DNA from: Pseudoalteromonas translucida KMM 520
Lineage (GTDB): Bacteria; Pseudomonadota; Gammaproteobacteria; Enterobacterales; Alteromonadaceae
Assembly (NCBI RefSeq): GCF_001465295.1
Contig: NZ_CP011034.1
Location: 2,250,001 to 2,282,000, forward strand
Direction of reading: 5' to 3'
DNA length: 32,000 bases
Shown here: positions 1 through 8,436 of the stretch, one piece after another
How positions within the stretch are numbered: position 1 is the stretch's first letter
How the letters are laid out: every line of letters begins with the position of its first letter
Notes under the pieces: model-generated
Databases searched by the model: none
Told to the model about the DNA's origin: nothing
The model's input: the letters and a program-made list of their open reading frames with translations, nothing else
Translations under genes and position numbers: made by a program

Positions 1-492
1 AGGTCATTTAGGCCTCTTAATAAATAACGCCCAAATCCTTGGCCATGAAAATGCGGATCGACCGCAATAAAAGCTAAAAAATAGTAGTTGCCCTGCTGCT
101 GTAGTGCATCTCTAATTGTTTGCTCTTTATCTATTAATTGATTGGTTTGTAAGTAACCAGCACTTAACATTAGCTTTAAGCGCCAATGCCAATAACGCTG
201 CGCCTGTAATTGGCTGTTTGATTCGAACACGCAGGCAACGGCTTTAAGTTTGTCGTTACGATATAAACCAATAAGTGGCTGTTTCTCTTGCCAAAAGCTA
301 CTTAGCTCTTCGCGAATTAATGACCGAAGCTTTTTTTCGTAGGCCGATTTACTCTCTTGCTCATAATTGAGCATAGTTTGTAAAATAGGATCGTCGTGGT
401 ACGCCTGATAAATTAAACTCGCGGCAATACTTATATCTTCTGCGGCTAAATACTGTACGCTAAATGTATCGGCTTGGGTGGTCACAGTCATT
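1..492 (-). CDS. GNAT-family N-acetyltransferase, N-terminal ~160 codons. The C-terminus lies left of the window. The frame is broken 4 codons after the SD-preceded ATG.
   Basis: Hand translation of the minus strand is open from 482 down to 3: ..TQADTFSVQYLAAEDISIAASLIYQAYHDDPILQTMLNYEQESK...GNYYFLAFIAVDPHFHGQGFGRYLLRGLND. It contains an acetyl-CoA motif-A-like Q-G-x-G. The ATG at 492-490 has AAGGA upstream but sits in another frame (see finding). It is absent from the ORF track because it runs off the window. Confidence 0.6.
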
Positions 493-774
493 TATTATTC
501 CTTTTTTGTATTAGAACAACATATCATTATTTTCGCCTTGTGATTAAGCCATTAGCTTGTCGTTATAATCACTCACTAATTTAATGCGATTGGGTTTACT
601 CATAGCTACAACTTACAAACATAATAAATTTATATTTTTTCTGTAAATAAGCGCTTTATTAACTCACTTTCTAAACTATAGCTGTAAAGTTATTAATGGT
701 AAATTCAGCGTGAGTTTAGCTAGCTTAGACTATAGTTTATTTATAATCTTATTTTGACACGCTAGGAGCACAAC

Positions 775-1011
775 ATGGATACAACAAAGCACGATATAAA
801 TACGCTGTTTGCACAACTTGGCTTACCTAGTTCTGAAGCTCAGATTGATGCTTTCATTGCTTCTCATGAGATTGCAGATACAACGTTAATACAAGATGCA
901 CCTTTTTGGGATGAATCTCAACAGCATTTTTTAGCTGAATCACTGGCAGAGGACAGTGATTGGAGTGAAGTTATTGATGAGCTTGATGTACGCCTTCGCC
1001 AAGGCAATTAA
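775..1011 (+). CDS. DUF2789-family small protein
   Basis: 78 aa. LFAQLGLPSSEAQIDAFIASH...DAPFWDESQQHFLAESLAEDSDWSEVIDELDVRL matches my recollection of the DUF2789 family pattern. AGGAG lies 6 nt upstream of the ATG. Confidence 0.6.
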   Translation: MDTTKHDINTLFAQLGLPSSEAQIDAFIASHEIADTTLIQDAPFWDESQQHFLAESLAEDSDWSEVIDELDVRLRQGN

Positions 1012-1080
1012 TTTTAAGGTAATTGATTTAATTTGGGACATTTAATGTGCCCCTCTCTATTTATTGTTACTATAGCCTCC

Positions 1081-1102
1081 ACGCAGCAGCTTCATGCTGC
1101 GT
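1081..1102 (+). terminator. Possible weak terminator hairpin after the DUF2789 gene
   Basis: ACGCAGCA (1081-1088) / TGCTGCGT (1095-1102), 8-bp stem with a 6-nt loop, followed by ACCTATTTAT. The T-tract is weak. Confidence 0.3.
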
Positions 1103-1132
1103 ACCTATTTATACTAAAGAGTTATAAACCTA

Positions 1133-1396
1133 ATGAATGCTGCTGTATTTGATGCAATTAAAGTCCTTCTAGACGAAGGCAAAGTACCTACTGTCGCGCT
1201 TACTAAAAGTCGTTTAATTAAGCCGGTGCCTATGCCTGTTATTATTGCGGCGGTGAGTCAGTATAAAAACAATCCAGATTCAATTTATAACCTAATGAAA
1301 AGCCAAGTACAACCGAGTGGTAGCGATTCTAAAACTTCGCAGTTAGATAGAATTGAAGAAAAGCTCGACCGGTTACTTACCCTGCTAGAAAAATAA
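1133..1396 (+). CDS. Hypothetical 87-aa protein. The N-terminus faintly resembles KfrA-N-type DNA-binding helices and the C-terminus looks like a coiled coil.
   Basis: The ORF lies 17 nt upstream of the next gene. I do not recognise a firm family. Confidence 0.45.
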   Translation: MNAAVFDAIKVLLDEGKVPTVALTKSRLIKPVPMPVIIAAVSQYKNNPDSIYNLMKSQVQPSGSDSKTSQLDRIEEKLDRLLTLLEK

Positions 1397-1412
1397 TAAT
1401 TCGAGACTATAA

Positions 1413-2186
1413 ATGTTCGTTGTTGATTTAACCTTTGATTGCTACCAAGACACCACTTTAGAGAAAGCCGAACAAGCTATTAACCGCTTGGTTAATGCGC
1501 TACGTTTTAATGGCCAAATAATGGGCGAAGAATTTCCTACTGTTTTAAAAGATGGTTACTTTATTACCCGTGTTATGTGCCCAAACGAAGATGCCATGCA
1601 CCCGCTTAATAATAGTCCGTTTGTAAAACACAGCATTGAGCAATTGCACAGCGCTGGTTTACTTGCGCCAAAAGTAAAAATTATTGGTCAAGATATTCAC
1701 TCTAATGGGTCTGATTGCTGCGCCGAGCCTTCTAGCTATATTTTATACACCACGTATGTGCATACTTGTAGCCCACTTTATTGTGGTGACGACTTTTTAC
1801 CGGTACCGCTATTTCGGATCCCAGCGATTGCTAATGGTGATTATAAAACCTTAATTAAATGGCAAGAAGACTGGCAAGCCTGCGATCAAATTCAAATTAA
1901 TGGCGCAACACGTTGTGAGTTTCCTGCTCTTGAAGAAATTTCGAGTATTAAAAGCGACTTATACCGCCGTGGTAAAGACATTACTAAACGAATTAGCTTT
2001 TTAACTAAAAAACCTGTGTATTACTATATATATCGCGTAGGTGGCACCGATAAAACATCTGAACTAGAGCGTAAATGCCCAAGCTGTAATGGCGATTGGA
2101 AGTTACCTGAATCCTGGTTTGGATTATTTGATTTTAGGTGTGAGCCCTGCGCCTTAGTGTCTAACATATCGTGGGATTTTCAATAA
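1413..2186 (+). CDS. DUF2310-like Zn-ribbon-containing protein
   Basis: 257 aa. C-terminal CxxC pairs (CPSCNGDW ... CEPCALV) plus CSPLYC. Size and layout fit my recollection of the gammaproteobacterial DUF2310 family. Confidence 0.55.
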   Translation: MFVVDLTFDCYQDTTLEKAEQAINRLVNALRFNGQIMGEEFPTVLKDGYFITRVMCPNEDAMHPLNNSPFVKHSIEQLHSAGLLAPKVKIIGQDIHSNGSDCCAEPSSYILYTTYVHTCSPLYCGDDFLPVPLFRIPAIANGDYKTLIKWQEDWQACDQIQINGATRCEFPALEEISSIKSDLYRRGKDITKRISFLTKKPVYYYIYRVGGTDKTSELERKCPSCNGDWKLPESWFGLFDFRCEPCALVSNISWDFQ

Positions 2187-2282
2187 GTTAAAGGTATTAT
2201 TAAAGTACTTGCTCGGTATTAAAATTAATTCCGAGCTAATACTTTACACTAAATCCTTTTAAGGTAATTAAGCCAGTTTTAA

Positions 2283-2822
2283 TTAAACCTCAAGCGCTTG
2301 CAAAAATGCTTCTATATTGGCAGCAAGCACATGATGCGTTTTTTTGCCTACGTACTCTAAGCACACTTCACCGCTGTGCAGTAACACACTTACTAACAAA
2401 TCATCTTGTGCTGTTAACCCTATAAATACTGTTTCAGGTTGTTTAAGTTTACGCTTCATTAAAACGTGACCAGTTATATTTTGTTGCAATAAATCAAAGT
2501 CATCGCTATTCCATGCCTGCAACAATTCAACTTGATGACCATCAATACTGGCTTGAATGTTACCACCATACATGTGCCCATAAAGCGCATTTAAGCCACT
2601 TGGAAATGTAACATCTAATGCCTTAGCTAAATCATTAAGCGAGCCTGGGGGTTGCTGCAGCACAGCTTGCCACTGAATATTACCTTGCTGATCAACATTA
2701 CCTATTTCACATGGGCTTGGCCACTGTTCATCGTGCGCCATAAGTGGATGTTTTTGCGTGTTTTTTATGGTTTTATCATTAAACCTTTGGTGTAGCTGGG
2801 CTAACTGCAATACAACAGACAT
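2283..2822 (-). CDS. syd: SecY-interacting protein Syd
   Basis: LLQAWNSDDFDLLQQNITGHVLMKRKLKQPETVFIG...SGEVCLE is collinear with E. coli Syd (..[43 protein letters not shown]). It is divergent from queF, as in E. coli. I prefer the ATG at 2822 (MSVVLQ..) over the track's TTG at 2879. Confidence 0.8.
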   Translation of the reverse strand: MSVVLQLAQLHQRFNDKTIKNTQKHPLMAHDEQWPSPCEIGNVDQQGNIQWQAVLQQPPGSLNDLAKALDVTFPSGLNALYGHMYGGNIQASIDGHQVELLQAWNSDDFDLLQQNITGHVLMKRKLKQPETVFIGLTAQDDLLVSVLLHSGEVCLEYVGKKTHHVLAANIEAFLQALEV

Positions 2823-2881
2823 ACTATGAAACTCATTTAAATTAGATATAATGCCGCTATTGTAACTATTTAAGGGCAAAC

Positions 2882-3727
2882 ATGACAGATTACAGCAATT
2901 CTCCCGACCTTAAAGGCAGTGTGTTAGGCCAGTCAACTGAATATATAGATCAATATACTCCAAGCTTGCTTTTTCCAATTGCGCGTAAGCTAAATAGAGA
3001 TGCTTTAAATATTGACGAAGCCGCTTTGCCATTTAAAGGCCAAGACATTTGGACTGGCTACGAGCTGTCGTGGTTAAACGCTAAAGGCAAGCCGCAAGTC
3101 GCTATCGCTGTATTTACTTTTGCCTGCCAAAGCAGTCATCTTGTTGAGTCTAAATCGTTTAAACTGTATTTAAATAGCTTTAACCAAACTCGATTTAACA
3201 GCCGTGATGAAGTAAAAAAGCATTTAGTTAAAGATCTAACCGCAGTGGTTAACAGCTTAGTGCAGGTAACTTTATACAATGCTGATGAGTATAACTGTCT
3301 TCCTTACACACCATTACCTGGTGAGTGTATTGATGATTTAGATATCGAAATTAATAACTACGATATTGATGCCCATTCACTTAAATCGCAAAGTAATAAA
3401 ACGGTAACCGAAACCCTGCATAGCCACTTACTTAAATCTAACTGCTTAATTACCTCTCAACCCGATTGGGCAAGTGTAATTATTCGTTATACAGGTGAGC
3501 AAATATGTAGAGAGTCGTTACTGCGCTACTTAATTTCGTTTAGAACCCATAACGAGTTTCATGAACAATGCGTGGAGCGTATTTATAGCGATTTAAGTAC
3601 TCAGCTCAGCATTAAAAATCTTGAAGTTTATGCACGCTATACGCGCCGTGGTGGCCTCGATATAAACCCGTATCGTTCAACTCATAATAACGACACGCCA
3701 TTTGCAGTTAAAATTAACCGCCAATAA
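2882..3727 (+). CDS. queF: NADPH-dependent 7-cyano-7-deazaguanine (preQ0) reductase, type II
   Basis: 281 aa. [67 protein letters not shown] and [14 protein letters not shown] are near-identical to E. coli QueF blocks. Confidence 0.92.
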   Translation: MTDYSNSPDLKGSVLGQSTEYIDQYTPSLLFPIARKLNRDALNIDEAALPFKGQDIWTGYELSWLNAKGKPQVAIAVFTFACQSSHLVESKSFKLYLNSFNQTRFNSRDEVKKHLVKDLTAVVNSLVQVTLYNADEYNCLPYTPLPGECIDDLDIEINNYDIDAHSLKSQSNKTVTETLHSHLLKSNCLITSQPDWASVIIRYTGEQICRESLLRYLISFRTHNEFHEQCVERIYSDLSTQLSIKNLEVYARYTRRGGLDINPYRSTHNNDTPFAVKINRQ

Positions 3728-3741
3728 GCGTTTATTGTAAT

Positions 3742-3767
3742 AAAAAAGGAGCCTAGGCTCCTTTTTT
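3742..3767. terminator. Bidirectional rho-independent terminator shared by queF and the PPIase gene
   Basis: A6-GGAGCCTAGGCTCC-T6, a perfect palindrome flanked by an A-run and a T-run. The PPIase stop codon (3766-3768) lies in the T-run. Confidence 0.7.
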
Positions 3768-4662
3768 ATTCACTACGTTTGGTGGGAATAGCCATAGCAC
3801 ACACGTCTATATAATTAGCTGTATGTACAAACCAAGGCTCAGAGCGATTTTTTCTTGCTGCAATTAGGTTTTTAAATGCCTGTGAATTTGTTTTCATCAC
3901 TTTAAAAACACTTTTATCGCTGTTATTTATATCTTCAAGTACTTGAAGATCTGTTATTGGGTTAAATACCCCATCATTACGGGCGGTGCTCTCTAAGCGG
4001 TTAACATGCTCTATACCTTCAAGTACGCGCCCAAATACAGTGGTGTTTTTATCTAAATAACGTGGCGCTTGCCCTATAGTGATAAAAAACTCGGTGCCTG
4101 CACTATTTATATCGTTATCTCGCGCCATTGCAAATATGCCGTTGCAATGCACTTGCCAAGTTTGGGTTTGAAGTGCGTTTTGAGCAACCGCAAAACCATT
4201 TAAAAAACCAGTCATAGGTGCATAGCCATCACCTTCAAGGGCTGTAATTACCAGCGGTTGTTGGGTGGTTAAATAAAACTCGGCCAAAAGCGATTTATTT
4301 GCAGTTTTAATAATCTTTTTAGCACTACTATCACCACCTTGAGCTACAAATCCCTCAACAAAGCGATAAACACTTGTTCCTTGATAAAACCCTTCTCGCG
4401 CAAGCTTTTTAATGTTTTTTACATGCTTTGGAGCAAGCTGCGGATTAAGCTCAATATAAGTGGCACCTGTGGGTAGGGTTATTTTTAAAATATTTTGTGG
4501 GTTAACCACACGCCATTCGTCTTCGGCGGCTTTAGTAATAACGTCACTGGCAGTGTGCTTTATTTTAGGCTCACCTTGTTGCGTGGAAATGCTTTGTTTA
4601 TATTGTCCAGCACAGCCATTTAATAACATAGCAACAGCCACTGTTAACAGGTACTTTTTCAT
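3766..4662 (-). CDS. Cyclophilin-type peptidyl-prolyl cis-trans isomerase, probable lipoprotein
   Basis: Signal peptide with lipobox-like LLNGC. Cyclophilin-like blocks are FYQGTSVYRFVEGFVAQGGD, GIFAMARD..NSAGTEFFI and TVFGRVLEG. Confidence 0.8.
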   Translation of the reverse strand: MKKYLLTVAVAMLLNGCAGQYKQSISTQQGEPKIKHTASDVITKAAEDEWRVVNPQNILKITLPTGATYIELNPQLAPKHVKNIKKLAREGFYQGTSVYRFVEGFVAQGGDSSAKKIIKTANKSLLAEFYLTTQQPLVITALEGDGYAPMTGFLNGFAVAQNALQTQTWQVHCNGIFAMARDNDINSAGTEFFITIGQAPRYLDKNTTVFGRVLEGIEHVNRLESTARNDGVFNPITDLQVLEDINNSDKSVFKVMKTNSQAFKNLIAARKNRSEPWFVHTANYIDVCAMAIPTKRSE

Positions 4663-4691
4663 AAATTAGCGCCTTATTATTATAGTTTTAC

Positions 4692-4725
4692 ATTAACCAA
4701 GCCTTTATTCTTGAGCTTGGTTAAT
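4692..4725 (-). other. Intercistronic hairpin between tamB and the PPIase gene (attenuator or terminator?)
   Basis: ATTAACCAAGC (4692-4702) / GCTTGGTTAAT (4715-4725), 11-bp stem with a 12-nt loop. There is no clear U-tract on the minus strand. Confidence 0.3.
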
Positions 4726-4758
4726 ACTTACTAACACCTGCTTTTTAACCGGTAGTTA

Positions 4759-7700
4759 TTAGTCCCAATCAAACTTATAAAGTATATCTACGTTTTGATA
4801 TAGCCCACTGGTTATTTCGATATAAAGCTGCGAGAGCAGCTGATAACGTATTGCCACTTCACTAAGAGAGTCAAAAATACCAACACTGTATTTTACTTGT
4901 AAGCTCGGTGCCACATAGCCTGATATTTCCACTTTTGTTTGCTCACCACTGCCTTTAGAAGTAAGGCTAACATCCGACAAACCAAACGTTTCACCCACTT
5001 TAGAAACCAAGCCCTCACTGCGGCTAACCCCCTGCGAAAGTAATAATTGAGTGAGCATTGCATCGGTGGAGCTATCGCCCTCGCCTAGTGGTTGGCCATT
5101 GAGTAAATAAGCCAACGCTTGTGCCTGATCCATCGCTGGCTCCGAAAACACTTTTAGCCTGGGTTGCTCTACATTACCTGTAAGCGTTACCCCAGCAATA
5201 ACACCATTGGCGGTATTTTCGGGGTTACGAATGGCTTTAATATTTAAGTAAGGCTGTTCTATTGAGCCACTAAAGCCAACCTGGCCGGTACGAATTAATA
5301 AATCTTGACCAAATGCTAAGTATGTACCGTTAACTAACTTAAGCTCGCCTGTAGCAATAATTGGAGTTCCTTGGCTCATTTTAATTGCCAAGTCGCCTTC
5401 TACTTTAGATTCGAGACCGAATGATTCAATTTTCACGTCATTTTTTACAATCAGTTTTAAATCTATATCGTAATCAAAAGGCACTTTTTTAGTCGCTTGG
5501 GTTTTTTGATCAACGATTATTTCGTCATCGCTAACTTGCACAGCGCCCTCTGGCAGCTCTTCTATTTCAATTCGCCCATAAGGTACAATTACTTCACCCA
5601 CAAGGTTTATTGCGTTGTTAGCCAAACCTATTTTTAAATTAGGAGATACTTTAAAAACAACCCCTTGCTGAGCACGTACATAAAATTGCTCACCAACTAT
5701 TGCAACGTTAACGGCTGGTTGTTCACCTTGCCAATCTATGTCGCCATTTAATTTAATATTTCCGCCTTGGGGATCTGTTAAAAGGCCTTTAATTGTTGCT
5801 GTCGCTTTGTTAAATAAAATACTAACATTCGATTTTTCAAGTGCTATTGGTAGTTGCTCGCCTTGTAAATTAATGTCATCAATATTTACTTCACCTTCAA
5901 GGAGCGGCTCTTTTAATGTACCTGCTAATGCAATTTTACCGCTAATATTACCCTTAAGCTGCTCAATAGTGTCTAAAAATGGCTGCAAGTTAGAAAACAA
6001 TATTTTATCTATGTTTACATTACCGCTTAATGCTTGCGTATTTTGTATGTCATCTACATTAATTTGCGTGGTAATTTCACCTAACACGCTAGAGTCTAAA
6101 TTAGCTGTTAATTTACCTGTTTGAGAATCAGTAAATGCATTCACACTAAGTGTTTCTATTGGTAAACGAAAGTTATCTTCTTCGGAATTGTATTTGGCTA
6201 TTAAGTTATTTGAATTTAAAGAAGCGCGTAATGTTTTCAGCACGCTCGCTTGCCAGTTTGCAACAAATTCACCTGTTAAAGCGCCTTCTACGCCCACATT
6301 ATCTGGTAGTAAATGCTTTAGCTCCTCAAGTGCTAAGTTGGTTAATTTAGCATTGAATTGACCTAACTGTTTATTTTGCAACAAAGTGTCGATGCACAAC
6401 TCACTTTGTGCAGACTGCCAGCAGTGCTTACTTATATCAAAATCGCCTGTTTGGGTATTTACGTTAAGCGTAATTTTTTTACTATTGTTAAAGCTTAATT
6501 TTTTATCGCTTAACTGCACATTACTCAATTCGCCTTGCCAAACCGCATTAGTAAGTTGGCCATTAACTTCAAACTCAACTGCACCTTTTTGCGCATCAAC
6601 AGATGCGGTAAGTTGGTGATCTTTTTTATCTCCTGTTGCATCTATTTTTACACTGTTAATTTGTTGCTCAGCAACTAAAGCCGAACCAACATCTATTGCA
6701 ATATTAGTTTGCCAATCGGCCGCTGTATCAAGATCAGCTTTAACAGATAACTTACTTATGTTTATTTCATCAAAAATAAAGCGATCTAGCATTAATGCTA
6801 AATCAACTGATGGTGTTAGCCTTTGGCCTCTAAGGGCTATATTGGCCTTACCATCTGCAATAAATGGCATATTAGCCTGCTCATCACTTTGCAGTGTTAT
6901 ATTGCCATCCACTAACCATTTGCTATCTATTTGGCCATTGAGTTCTAATTTATTTTTACCACTGCTTAAATAAAAACTATCAATATTAGCTTTTAATGCA
7001 TTATCTAGCCTAAAGTTTGCAGCAAACTCTAATGGCACGTCGTTAAGTGTGCCGGTGAGTTTGGTATTATTCATTTTCAGTTGCCAAGTATCCGTTTGTG
7101 CATTAAATGAGCCTTTAAACTGCCCAGAAATATCACTCGTTACTGCATCTGTTAAGTATTGAGCTTTTAAATGCGATAGCGTCCCTGCAAAATCTGCTTT
7201 TATACCTTGTTGCCAGTTAACATTAGCATTTATTTTTGCAGTGCTGTCGTTGGCCTTAACCGACAATGTAGAAAGCTGTGCGTGAGTAAGTGTACCCGTT
7301 AATTGTGTGTTTAAATCAACGGCCGGGTACGCGCCTAACTGGCTCGTTGCAGTTAAACTAAGTTGATAGTCATCTGCGTTGCCCTGCGCGCTTAAATTAA
7401 CCTTACGTAGCGTTAACTGCTCGCTTTGTGCGTCGATAAGCCATTGGTTTATTTTACCTTTAACTGTAAATGGGTAGTTTGTTTGCTTTAAATTAGCATT
7501 GGCATTTAAACTAAGCGGAAATTGCCCTGTGGTTTCCAAATCAACATTTAAATTTGCCAAGTCGCCACTGAGTAATAAGTCAGCTTGGTGTTGCTGGCTT
7601 TTTAATACAATATGACCTTTTAGCGGCATATTACCTGCAAGTTCTGTGTTAAGTTGTGTATTTAATTGCCACTGCTGATAACGAGCAGCTAAAGAATGTA

Positions 7701-8436
7701 AATTTATTTTGGCATCTTCCACACTCATTTGCAGTGCTATATTTTCTATCTCATAGTCTTGTTCACCCTGCTTTATAGCCACTTTATCAATATCAAACTG
7801 CTCAATGGTTATATCCAGTGGTGAAGTAAATTCGATATTAGGCAGTGCAGGAAGCTGCGTAATTGCCGTTGACGCTGTTTGTGTTTGCTGGGATTGGGCT
7901 TGCTCTTTTAGCGTAACCAGTATTTTAGGTATGTTTAAGCTTTTTACTACAAGCTCTGATCCCATAGCTTTTGCCGATAGCTTAAAGTTATCAACTCGCA
8001 CGTTGGCGCTTGGGTGTTCTAAAGTAAATGCTTTTACCGCTATATTTTTAACCGCAATATTAAAAGGTAAAGTAATTTTAGTTAATGGTTCAGATGGCTC
8101 TTCAGCAACTGCTTCAGGTGATTGCTCCAAAGTTAAAGCAATTGTATTAGCACTTAAATTATCAATACAAATGCCGTCGCACTGCCACCAAAATAAATTA
8201 AGCTTTAGTTGCTGGGCATTAAAGTCTACCTCGTTATTGTTATACCGAACATTAAATACATCGTTATATAAAAAGCGGCCGTTTTTAATGTCAATATTTA
8301 AACCATCAACCAACTTGTTTGCACTGTAGGCAATAAATTGATTTCCGGGTGACGTAAATAATATACAAAATACGGTTATTAGCAGTATGACTAAAATAGC
8401 ACTGACACTTGCGGTTATTTTTTTAAATACAGACAT
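4759..8436 (-). CDS. tamB: Translocation and assembly module inner-membrane subunit TamB (DUF490 / AsmA-like)
   Basis: 1225 aa. N-terminal membrane anchor (ILVILLITVFCILF), a long beta-rich repetitive body, and a DUF490-like C-terminus. Its ATG overlaps the tamA stop in TAATG (8434-8438). Confidence 0.85.
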   Translation of the reverse strand: MSVFKKITASVSAILVILLITVFCILFTSPGNQFIAYSANKLVDGLNIDIKNGRFLYNDVFNVRYNNNEVDFNAQQLKLNLFWWQCDGICIDNLSANTIALTLEQSPEAVAEEPSEPLTKITLPFNIAVKNIAVKAFTLEHPSANVRVDNFKLSAKAMGSELVVKSLNIPKILVTLKEQAQSQQTQTASTAITQLPALPNIEFTSPLDITIEQFDIDKVAIKQGEQDYEIENIALQMSVEDAKINLHSLAARYQQWQLNTQLNTELAGNMPLKGHIVLKSQQHQADLLLSGDLANLNVDLETTGQFPLSLNANANLKQTNYPFTVKGKINQWLIDAQSEQLTLRKVNLSAQGNADDYQLSLTATSQLGAYPAVDLNTQLTGTLTHAQLSTLSVKANDSTAKINANVNWQQGIKADFAGTLSHLKAQYLTDAVTSDISGQFKGSFNAQTDTWQLKMNNTKLTGTLNDVPLEFAANFRLDNALKANIDSFYLSSGKNKLELNGQIDSKWLVDGNITLQSDEQANMPFIADGKANIALRGQRLTPSVDLALMLDRFIFDEINISKLSVKADLDTAADWQTNIAIDVGSALVAEQQINSVKIDATGDKKDHQLTASVDAQKGAVEFEVNGQLTNAVWQGELSNVQLSDKKLSFNNSKKITLNVNTQTGDFDISKHCWQSAQSELCIDTLLQNKQLGQFNAKLTNLALEELKHLLPDNVGVEGALTGEFVANWQASVLKTLRASLNSNNLIAKYNSEEDNFRLPIETLSVNAFTDSQTGKLTANLDSSVLGEITTQINVDDIQNTQALSGNVNIDKILFSNLQPFLDTIEQLKGNISGKIALAGTLKEPLLEGEVNIDDINLQGEQLPIALEKSNVSILFNKATATIKGLLTDPQGGNIKLNGDIDWQGEQPAVNVAIVGEQFYVRAQQGVVFKVSPNLKIGLANNAINLVGEVIVPYGRIEIEELPEGAVQVSDDEIIVDQKTQATKKVPFDYDIDLKLIVKNDVKIESFGLESKVEGDLAIKMSQGTPIIATGELKLVNGTYLAFGQDLLIRTGQVGFSGSIEQPYLNIKAIRNPENTANGVIAGVTLTGNVEQPRLKVFSEPAMDQAQALAYLLNGQPLGEGDSSTDAMLTQLLLSQGVSRSEGLVSKVGETFGLSDVSLTSKGSGEQTKVEISGYVAPSLQVKYSVGIFDSLSEVAIRYQLLSQLYIEITSGLYQNVDILYKFDWD

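Noticed and set aside
2823-2879. TTG 2879 as the syd start
   Set aside because: It would abut the queF start (2882) with no promoter space. Syd homology begins near MSVVLQLAQL (ATG 2822).
4460-8329. Plus-strand ORFs 4460-4669, 5738-6124, 6150-6350, 6386-6619, 6758-6973 and 7805-8329
   Set aside because: All lie wholly antisense inside the PPIase or tamB genes. Their translations are low-complexity and Ser/Leu/Cys-rich, with no start context. They are shadow ORFs of the real minus-strand genes.
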